From Minisyncoccota bacterium (GTDB lineage: Bacteria > Patescibacteriota > Minisyncoccia > Phycocordibacterales > UBA1550), in assembly GCA_036170975.1 (NCBI GenBank), contig JAVHQE010000064.1, forward strand, positions 1 through 52,641: a stretch of 52,641 bases of DNA. The letters run 5' to 3'. The notes beneath the pieces are model-generated. The model had not been told where the DNA came from, did not search any database, and worked only from the letters and a program-made list of their open reading frames with translations. Shown in pieces: positions 42,337-50,057 of this stretch. Numbering within the stretch: position 1 is the stretch's first letter; each line of letters begins with the position of its first letter. The position numbers and the translations under genes are program-made.

Positions 42337-43476
42337 ATGAAAATTCTTTTTACCGGTGGAGGTAGTGGTGGACATTTTTACCCCATTATCGCCGTTGCAG
42401 AAAAATTAAATATTCTCCTTGAACGCGAAAAGATTGCAAGCGTTAATTTTTATTACATGTCGACTGAGCCTTACAATGAAGGACTTTTATCTGATAATAA
42501 AATTAAATTCATACCCGTCACTGCAGGTAAAGTTCGGGGCTATTTCTCGGTCCTTAATTTTGTTGATTTTTTCAAAATGGGGTGGGGTATGGTCAAAGCC
42601 TTTTTTCAACTTTTTGCCTTATATCCTGATGTAATTTTTAGTAAAGGTGGGTTTCCTAGTTTCCCTGTTCTTTTTGCTGCACGCTTTTTTCGTATTCCTG
42701 TAATTATCCATGAATCAGACAGTGCTCCAGGGCGTGTAAATGCGTGGGCAGGATCATTCGCACAAAAGATTGCGATATCGTATCCCGAAGCTGCACAATT
42801 TTTCCCTGCAGGGCGTACGGCACTTACGGGAAATCCCGTTCGTCAAGAAATCTTGCGCCCAACGGGAAAAGACGCATTCAAAGAGCTCGGTCTCGACCCT
42901 ACTATTCCTGTCCTCTTGATTCTCGGAGGATCTCTCGGTGCGCAAATAATAAACGCGCAATTTGAAACTCTTGCTCCGCGTCTTGTTGATAAGTATCAAA
43001 TTATCCATCAAACAGGAGAGGGTAATCTTGAGAGTGTGCGTACTACCGTTACAGGTCTTCTTGGCAACAGTCCCTACGCTTCACGGTATCATCTCTACGG
43101 GTACCTTAATACTGAAACGATGAAGCTTGCGGCCGAAGCTGCTACCGTTGTTGTTTCTCGCGCAGGGTCAGCAATTTTTGAGATTGCGGCGTGGGGTATT
43201 CCTGCGATTATCATCCCTATTACTGAATCAAATGCAAATCATCAACGAAAAAATGCTTATGCGTACGCACGCGCAGGTGCAGCGCTTGTAATAGAAGAGG
43301 CAAACCTTGGTCCAAATATTCTCCTCTCTGAAATTGATAATCTTATGTCAGACGAAAAAAGGAGAGGTATGATGAGAGAATCAGCAAAGGCATTTTCTCA
43401 TGTTGATGGTGCAGAAAAAATAGCAGAACAACTCGTCGCCGTTCTCTTGCGTCATCAAATCCCTTCTGCCCTATGA
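42337..43476 (+). CDS. murG: UDP-N-acetylglucosamine--N-acetylmuramyl-(pentapeptide) pyrophosphoryl-undecaprenol N-acetylglucosamine transferase
   Basis: GGGSGGHFYP N-terminus and GT28 C-terminal domain motifs (SRAGSAIFEIAAWGIPAIIIP). Confidence 0.9.
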   Translation: MKILFTGGGSGGHFYPIIAVAEKLNILLEREKIASVNFYYMSTEPYNEGLLSDNKIKFIPVTAGKVRGYFSVLNFVDFFKMGWGMVKAFFQLFALYPDVIFSKGGFPSFPVLFAARFFRIPVIIHESDSAPGRVNAWAGSFAQKIAISYPEAAQFFPAGRTALTGNPVRQEILRPTGKDAFKELGLDPTIPVLLILGGSLGAQIINAQFETLAPRLVDKYQIIHQTGEGNLESVRTTVTGLLGNSPYASRYHLYGYLNTETMKLAAEAATVVVSRAGSAIFEIAAWGIPAIIIPITESNANHQRKNAYAYARAGAALVIEEANLGPNILLSEIDNLMSDEKRRGMMRESAKAFSHVDGAEKIAEQLVAVLLRHQIPSAL

Positions 43477-44816
43477 GTAACGTAGTCACCCGATTCGCGC
43501 CCTCGCCCACAGGTGTCCTCCATATTGGCTCAGTGCGCACTGCGCTCTATTCGTGGCTCTATGCGCGACAGCATGGAGGTATGTTTATTTTACGTATCGA
43601 AGATACCGATAAAGAACGCTCAAAAAAAGAATTTGAGGAAAATATTATTGATGGACTTGGTTGGTTGGGGCTGACGCACGATGAATTCTATCGTCAGTCA
43701 GAACGAGGAGCCATTTATAAAAAACATCTTGAAACACTTATCACAAATGGTACAGCGTACCTCTCAAAAGAAGAAGTCACTGAAGAGGGTCAGCGTGCTG
43801 AAGTAATTCGTTTTAAAAATCCCAATCGAGTCGTTACATTCCATGATGAAGCGCGGGGAGATATTTCTTTTGATACTACTGAGCTTGGAGATTTTGTTAT
43901 CGCAAAAGATTTCGATACCCCTCTGTATCATTTTGCTGTTGTTGTCGATGATTTTGAAATGGGGGTAACGCACATTATCCGCGGAGATGACGGTATATCT
44001 AATACACCACGTCAAATACTCATTCAAGAAGCGCTCGGAGCCCCTCGTCCCGCTTATGCGCATTTACCGATGATACTCGCTCCGGATCGTTCAAAGCTTT
44101 CAAAACGTCACGGTGCCCTTGCAGTGACTGAATATCGCGATGAAGGATACCTCCCCCAGGCAATATTAAACTTTGTGGCACTTATGGGGTGGAACCCCGG
44201 CAATGATCAAGAAATTATTTCTCTTGATGAGATGATGAAGCTTTTTAGTCTTGAGAAATTACAAAAAGCAGGCGCTGTTTTTAATATCGATAAGTTGAAA
44301 TGGTTGAATAAACACTACCTGAAGCTTCTTTCTCCAGAAAGGGTAGGGGAGGCCCTTCTTGCTTATTTTCCCGACGATCTTCGTAATCAAGTTTCGCAAA
44401 ATCCGATAATTTTTTCAAAAATTATTCCCCTTATTCTCGACCGCATCTCAACTTTTTCTGAAGTGCAATCTCTTGTGGAAGAAGGCGAGCTTACTTACTT
44501 TTTTGAAGACCCGCGTTACTTATTTGAATCGCTTTTATGGAAAGACGAACGAGATCCAATGCGTGCAATCGTGCATGTTGACAAATCTATAGAACTATTG
44601 CATGGTATACCTTCTGAAAATTTTACGATTGAGGGCGTAAAGCTTGCTCTTTGGGATTATGCTACGGAGGTCGGTAGGGGAAATGTTCTCTGGCCAATGC
44701 GCTACGCATTATCAGGGCGAGATAAATCGCCCGATCCTTTTACCCTCGCAGAGATTCTTGGAAAAGAAACAACACTTCGTCGTCTTGAGACAGCAAAAAG
44801 GCTCTTACAGTCATAA
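43473..44816 (+). CDS. gltX: glutamate--tRNA ligase
   Basis: RFAPSPTGVLHIGSVRTAL (HIGH) and KLSKR (KMSKS). ATGA overlap with murG. Confidence 0.9.
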   Translation: MSNVVTRFAPSPTGVLHIGSVRTALYSWLYARQHGGMFILRIEDTDKERSKKEFEENIIDGLGWLGLTHDEFYRQSERGAIYKKHLETLITNGTAYLSKEEVTEEGQRAEVIRFKNPNRVVTFHDEARGDISFDTTELGDFVIAKDFDTPLYHFAVVVDDFEMGVTHIIRGDDGISNTPRQILIQEALGAPRPAYAHLPMILAPDRSKLSKRHGALAVTEYRDEGYLPQAILNFVALMGWNPGNDQEIISLDEMMKLFSLEKLQKAGAVFNIDKLKWLNKHYLKLLSPERVGEALLAYFPDDLRNQVSQNPIIFSKIIPLILDRISTFSEVQSLVEEGELTYFFEDPRYLFESLLWKDERDPMRAIVHVDKSIELLHGIPSENFTIEGVKLALWDYATEVGRGNVLWPMRYALSGRDKSPDPFTLAEILGKETTLRRLETAKRLLQS

Positions 44817-44826
44817 ATGAAGTACT

Positions 44827-46101
44827 ATGCGTAAATTTCTTTATCAACTTGGTGTGTTGCTAACGTTAGGAGGACTTATCCTTACTACACATTCTTTCGT
44901 TTACGCACAGACTATTGAGGAATTGCAAACAAAGATTTCTGCAAAAAATGAAGAGATACGGAAGCTTGAAGAATCGATAAAACAGCACCAAGACGATCTT
45001 GTCGTATTGGGTGCTCAAAAGAAGACATTAAAAAATTCCATTGCAGAACTCGATGTCTTACAAAGGAAACTCAATGCCGATCTTAAGCTGACACAGGTAA
45101 AAGTTGATACAACAGACCTTACGTTGCGCAAACTTGGTTCGGAGATATCAATTAAAGAAAATGAAATTAGCACTCATCAATCAGCGCTCAGAGAAGCAAT
45201 CCAGGCAATCTATCAACGCGATGAATACTCGCTCCCCGAAGTCGCCCTTTCAAATGAGAGTTTTTCTGGATTTTGGGGAGATCTAGAATCCCTGAATCAA
45301 TTTAGTGATAAAATTGAACAAAATGTCGGGTTGCTGAGGGTTTTAAAAGGAGACCTTGAGGACAAAAATATTGTTCAAGAAGCCGAGAAGAAGAAACTGA
45401 TAGGTTTGAAAACTGAGCTTGGTGACCGTAAAAAAATTACTGATGCAAACAAGAAAGAGCAAGCAAAGCTCCTTGCTCAAACGAGTAATCAAGAAATAAA
45501 ATTCAAGAAGATGTTGAGTGCTGAGCTAGCGTTAAAAGATGCTGTTGAACAAGAACTGCGAAGTTATGAGTCTTCACTCAAGTTTATTCTTGACCCCTCG
45601 TCGATTCCTCCTCGCGGGACAAAAGTTTTTTCGCCACCACTTAACAAACTCGTGATAACTCAGCAGTTTGGCAAGACAAGCTCGTCGGGGCGGTTGTACG
45701 CGTCAGGAACGCATAATGGAACGGATTTTCGCGCACTTGTCGGTACCCCCGTGAAGGCCATGCTCAGTGGAACAGTAATAGGGACAGGGGATACCGATAT
45801 CGTGTGTAAGGGGGCATCCTATGGTAGATGGGTGCTTATCCGACACAACAATGGACTCGCGACCCTCTACGGTCATTTTTCTGTGGTGAAAGTTTCTCAA
45901 GGACAGGAAGTAAACACTGGTGAACTTATTGGGTACAGTGGAAATACGGGATATTCAACAGGTCCACATTTGCATGTTACTGTTTTTGCTGCCGCGGCAG
46001 TCAAAGTAGAAAGTCTTCCTAGTAAAGCATGCGGAGGAAGAGTGTATACAATGCCGTTGGCAGCAATCAATGCGTACCTTGATCCGATGGATTATTTGTA
46101 A
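44827..46101 (+). CDS. M23 family peptidase with an N-terminal coiled coil (EnvC-like)
   Basis: Signal/anchor sequence, long heptad-rich region, then HNGTDF and GNTGYSTGPHLH LytM motifs. Confidence 0.85.
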   Translation: MRKFLYQLGVLLTLGGLILTTHSFVYAQTIEELQTKISAKNEEIRKLEESIKQHQDDLVVLGAQKKTLKNSIAELDVLQRKLNADLKLTQVKVDTTDLTLRKLGSEISIKENEISTHQSALREAIQAIYQRDEYSLPEVALSNESFSGFWGDLESLNQFSDKIEQNVGLLRVLKGDLEDKNIVQEAEKKKLIGLKTELGDRKKITDANKKEQAKLLAQTSNQEIKFKKMLSAELALKDAVEQELRSYESSLKFILDPSSIPPRGTKVFSPPLNKLVITQQFGKTSSSGRLYASGTHNGTDFRALVGTPVKAMLSGTVIGTGDTDIVCKGASYGRWVLIRHNNGLATLYGHFSVVKVSQGQEVNTGELIGYSGNTGYSTGPHLHVTVFAAAAVKVESLPSKACGGRVYTMPLAAINAYLDPMDYL

Positions 46102-46114
46102 AATAAAAGTTACA

Positions 46115-46345
46115 ATGGGAAAAATGAAAAGAAACATTTCAAAAAATAAAGGATTTATTCAGTTGGTGATACTTGCAATTGTAATCATTGCGACCTTAGC
46201 ATATTTCAAAATCGATTTACGAACTTTGCTCAATAGACCTGAGCTTCAAAAAGTATGGGGGATTTTTGTAAGTGCATGGACACTCTATATCAAGCCATTA
46301 TTTTGGTTTCTCTTTACGAGTATTTCTGGATTGTTTGTGAAGTAA
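46115..46345 (+). CDS. hypothetical small 2-TM membrane protein
   Basis: ORF track 46070..46345 overlaps the M23 gene. ATG 46115 or 46124 gives MGKMKRN... with two hydrophobic helices. Confidence 0.45.
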   Translation: MGKMKRNISKNKGFIQLVILAIVIIATLAYFKIDLRTLLNRPELQKVWGIFVSAWTLYIKPLFWFLFTSISGLFVK

Positions 46346-46661
46346 AAATACACACGGGTTGTTTTTTCTTTTTGTATTTATAAAAATGAGAACCAGGTTT
46401 TTGCGGAAAAGAAAACAATAGAAGGTACATAGAAGGTACAGAAGAAGCGTCTTCAAGTAATAAGAAGTAAGGAGTAGAAAGCACCTACTTGGGAAAGAAT
46501 CCCTAAAAGTAGGTGCTTTCTGCGATAGGGGGTTTAATTTATCTATACTACGTCGCAAAAGATATATTGTGCGACGTAGTGCTGATAAAGAATAAGGATC
46601 TTTTAGGCCCTTTACCCTATTTGTTCCCTATGCCGAGGATCCTCCTGTAGTGTGTAGGGCG

Positions 46662-47351
46662 TTACTTGTCTTTCTTATAAAATTCCCTGAGCGGGCACGC
46701 TGTGTGTTTACAATGTGCAGGACAATATTCTCTTCCGTATAAAATAATGAGGTGCGAAAATCTAACCCAATCTTTTTTTGGAACAACTTCCATCAAGTCA
46801 CGCTCTATTTTTATCGCATCACTATGCTGAGTGAGTCCAAGGAGTCGTGCAATACGGATGACGTGCGTATCGACTGCAATACCCTCGGCACTGCCATAGA
46901 GTTCACCCAAGACGACATTTGCAGTTTTTCTTCCTACTCCTGGAATGGTAACCATCTCCCCCATCGTTTTTGGAATCTTTCCGTCAAAATTTTCCTTGAC
47001 TGCTTGTGCCGCCTTGAGAATACTTTTTGTCTTCGCACGATAAAATCCCGTGGAATAAATATCCTGCTCAAACTCTTTCGCATCTGCCCGTAGATAGTCA
47101 TCGAGCACGCGGTATTTTTTAAAAAGAGACTTCGTGACCTCGTTCACCCTTTTGTCCGTGCATTGTGCTGATAAAATGACTGCCACGAGAAGTTCAAAGG
47201 GTTTCGCATAATGAAGTGCGCAGGCAGGCTCAGGGAAAAGCTGGGTAAGGATGCGTATGATTTCAGGTATTTGGAGTCTTTGCGAGTAGGTATTCCGACG
47301 TGGCAATCCAGTACCCATTATCTTAGGCAAGTTGGTATTTTCTTTTTTCAT
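46662..47351 (-). CDS. nth: endonuclease III-like DNA glycosylase/lyase with a non-canonical C-terminal Cys pattern
   Basis: HhH-GPD motifs (PGVGRKTANVVL with the catalytic Lys; VDTHV). The C-terminus is CPAHCKHTAC (C-x3-C-x4-C) instead of C-x6-C-x2-C-x5-C. Confidence 0.8.
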   Translation of the reverse strand: MKKENTNLPKIMGTGLPRRNTYSQRLQIPEIIRILTQLFPEPACALHYAKPFELLVAVILSAQCTDKRVNEVTKSLFKKYRVLDDYLRADAKEFEQDIYSTGFYRAKTKSILKAAQAVKENFDGKIPKTMGEMVTIPGVGRKTANVVLGELYGSAEGIAVDTHVIRIARLLGLTQHSDAIKIERDLMEVVPKKDWVRFSHLIILYGREYCPAHCKHTACPLREFYKKDK

Positions 47352-48150
47352 ATTTTATAAAGCCATCTTTTATGAGTGCTTCGAGTGCTTCTGTTGTTCG
47401 TGGGTCACCGTCGCATATTTTTTTTATAGAGAGTATTGCCTTCGGCTCATCACCTAGCACACGAATTATTTTACCGCGTAATTCACGGAGCGAACCTTTA
47501 AACGTACTTTGTTTCGTATAATGCTTGCTCTGTTTGTTGTGGTTTGTTTTTGTAATTTTTGGTAATTGCGCGCCATAGTCCATGAGTGCGTAGTACCATT
47601 CGCGTGGGTTGTCAGTATCAAGCGTTGTTTGTATGAGGGGTAAAATTTCTTGGTCGCTCACTTCTCTTTTCTCTATGAAAAAATGATGAATGAAGATACG
47701 GCGAATATTGGTCTCGATGAAAACTTCGGGCTCATTAAAGGCAAATGCGCGCACTGCTCCTGCGGTATAGGGTCCGATCCCCGGAAGTGCTTCAAGTAAG
47801 TGTCGTTCGCGAGGGATTTTCCCTTTGTGCCCTGTTACGATTTTCTCTGCCATACGCTTAAGTGCAAGTGCACGTCTATTGTACCCCATCCCCTGCCAGA
47901 CTTTTAGCACCTGCGATAGCGGAGCTTCTGCAAGTATGTTGACAGTTGGAAATGCCTTCAAAAATTCCGGGTATTTTTCGAGGACGCGCGTCACTTGCGT
48001 CTGCTGGAGCATTACTTCAGAAACGAGTATTTTGTAGGGGTTTTTGGTCTTTCGCCACGGCAAATTATGCCTCCCCGAATGCCCATAAAACGCCCAAATT
48101 TGAGCCTGGAAGGCCTGTATCTGTGTTGGGGGTAGTTTGGGTGCTGGCAT
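47323..48150 (-). CDS. MutY-like HhH-GPD glycosylase lacking the Fe-S cluster loop and the NUDIX-like domain
   Basis: NLPWRKTKNPYKILVSEVMLQQTQV and PGIGPYTAGAV. There is only one Cys in the whole protein. The C-terminus looks like a winged helix. 29-nt overlap with nth. Confidence 0.7.
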   Translation of the reverse strand: MPAPKLPPTQIQAFQAQIWAFYGHSGRHNLPWRKTKNPYKILVSEVMLQQTQVTRVLEKYPEFLKAFPTVNILAEAPLSQVLKVWQGMGYNRRALALKRMAEKIVTGHKGKIPRERHLLEALPGIGPYTAGAVRAFAFNEPEVFIETNIRRIFIHHFFIEKREVSDQEILPLIQTTLDTDNPREWYYALMDYGAQLPKITKTNHNKQSKHYTKQSTFKGSLRELRGKIIRVLGDEPKAILSIKKICDGDPRTTEALEALIKDGFIKYEKRKYQLA

Positions 48151-48217
48151 TTGGGTATTTTAACATGAAAGGTTATGAAAACAGCCACGTATTTCTACAT
48201 GGCTGTGAACCTTCATT

Positions 48218-48736
48218 TTAGGTAAAAGATGTTATCTCGTAAGCATTTTTATTTCCCCGCGCAGAGAGAAGGACTTTTGCCATAAAAGGAAACCCGTCAC
48301 ATACGTTGTGGTAAAGATTTGCATACGACTCGACCTTCCTTCTCTCGAAAGAAGTTGCGAGATCTTTAAATGCCATGCGCCCGATTTCAACAAAATATGA
48401 AGGTGATACATTGAGCCTCTTTGTTCGCTCAGGGAAAAGTCCTGCGAGAATGAGACTTATATCTCCGACTTCACTAAGTACCCGTTCTTTATTGTGCCCC
48501 GTATATTCAGAAGAAGCATTAAGAAACTCAAGTGCAAGCACAACAGAGAAGAGATCGGTTCGGCGCATAAAACGCATAAGAGTAAAAACAAGGAAACTCT
48601 CCATCTCTTCTGTGAGATCTTGACCGATTTTTTGCTCACCGTTTCTTACAAAATCAACCCAGGTTGCCACTGCTGTTTTTTCAAAGTTTGTATCTAGCGC
48701 CCTGTCTGGTTTTTGGAGCAATATAATGTCGCCCAT
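48218..48736 (-). CDS. hypothetical protein (172 aa)
   Basis: Long ORF, divergent from the downstream nuclease gene. No motif recognised. Confidence 0.5.
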   Translation of the reverse strand: MGDIILLQKPDRALDTNFEKTAVATWVDFVRNGEQKIGQDLTEEMESFLVFTLMRFMRRTDLFSVVLALEFLNASSEYTGHNKERVLSEVGDISLILAGLFPERTKRLNVSPSYFVEIGRMAFKDLATSFERRKVESYANLYHNVCDGFPFMAKVLLSARGNKNAYEITSFT

Positions 48737-48841
48737 GGTTACCCCCTTTTTTTGATGTTTGATGGAAGGAACTACTTTTTATCTACTCTATTCTTATTTT
48801 TTACTGCTGTCCAGTTTTCTCTTTTATGTTAACATACCCCT

Positions 48842-50053
48842 ATGCGAACGTCATATTCTGCACTCGAAACTTACAAAAACTGCCCCCTGAAATACAAATT
48901 TCAGGAAGTTGATAAAATCCGTATGCCTAAGGGCGCGGCGGCGGTTTTCGGTACGATTGTACACAGCGCGCTCAATTACATGTTTGAACGCAATCCTCTC
49001 TACCCTACCATTGATGAGGTTATTGATTTTTATGCGACGCATTGGAAAGAAAAATCAGAGAGTATCATCTGGTCAAGCCCTGACCGAAAAGAACAAGAAG
49101 AAAAAATGTATTTTGACGAAGGTCTCGCTATTCTTAAAAATTTTTACAAAAAAAATCAACCATGGATGTTTAACGTGGTGGAGCTTGAGGGGCGTTTTTC
49201 CCTTGATCTTCTCGACGAGAAAACTGGTACGACGCACACTCTTGCGGGTATTATTGATCGCCTCGACAAAGATCCCGAAACGGGAAGATATGAAATTATC
49301 GACTACAAAACGGGCAAGCGTATGCCGAGCGAAGCCGAGCTCGTGGATAATTTACAGTTGGGTGTCTACCACCTTGCGCTCACCGCACGCTGGCCTTCGA
49401 TGGATCCTGAGAATTTCACAACGAGCCTTTATTTTTTGAAACACAACGAGAAGGTCTCAGTCGTCCCTTCGCGTGAGACGCTTGTCCATACACGAGACTT
49501 TGTCCTTAAAACAATTCGGGAAATCGAAGAGCATTTGCAAGACGGCAACTTTCCGCCGATGCCGAGCCCACTCTGTGGATGGTGTTCGTACCAAAAGCTC
49601 TGTCCTATGTGGGCGCACGAGTTCAAAGATGAAGAAACAAAGACTGCCAGCGATGCAGAGGTTGCAGAAGCTATTCAGGAATTTTTTGAAATTAAAAAAA
49701 GTGATGACAAAAACAAGAAACGCTTGGCGGAAATTCGCGGAATTATTTTGCAGTATATGCAACAGGAAAATCTTGCGCGGGTCTTTGGCGAGAGCGGTTA
49801 TATTACTAAAAATGTGCAAGAGCGAACGAGCTTTGACCTCGAGCGTGCTGAACCCCTGCTTAAAAAAGGCGAGGTGTGGGAAAAGATATTGGAGCCAAGC
49901 GAGAAAAAGCTCGAAAAACTCCTCACTTCCCTCCCCCAATCTTTGCAGGAAGAAATTTTAAAATTTGAGACTAAAAAAATGATAACGGTATTGAAGCCCA
50001 CAAAAAAGAAAGGTGGTGCAGATGAAGAGGAGGAGGACAGCTTGCTGGTATAG
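48842..50053 (+). CDS. PD-(D/E)xK nuclease of the RecB/Cas4 type with an Fe-S Cys pattern
   Basis: N-terminus YSALETYKNCPLKYKF, IIDRLDK...YEIIDYKTGK (D...DYK), and C-terminal CGWCSYQKLCP, giving the Cas4/AddB-like 1+3 Cys arrangement. Confidence 0.75.
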   Translation: MRTSYSALETYKNCPLKYKFQEVDKIRMPKGAAAVFGTIVHSALNYMFERNPLYPTIDEVIDFYATHWKEKSESIIWSSPDRKEQEEKMYFDEGLAILKNFYKKNQPWMFNVVELEGRFSLDLLDEKTGTTHTLAGIIDRLDKDPETGRYEIIDYKTGKRMPSEAELVDNLQLGVYHLALTARWPSMDPENFTTSLYFLKHNEKVSVVPSRETLVHTRDFVLKTIREIEEHLQDGNFPPMPSPLCGWCSYQKLCPMWAHEFKDEETKTASDAEVAEAIQEFFEIKKSDDKNKKRLAEIRGIILQYMQQENLARVFGESGYITKNVQERTSFDLERAEPLLKKGEVWEKILEPSEKKLEKLLTSLPQSLQEEILKFETKKMITVLKPTKKKGGADEEEEDSLLV

Positions 50054-50057
50054 CTAT

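Noticed and set aside
46298-46558. 86-aa minus-strand ORF in the convergent spacer
   Set aside because: It runs through three hairpins, is low-complexity (Leu/Phe/Lys-rich) and has no start context or motif. It is most likely non-coding.
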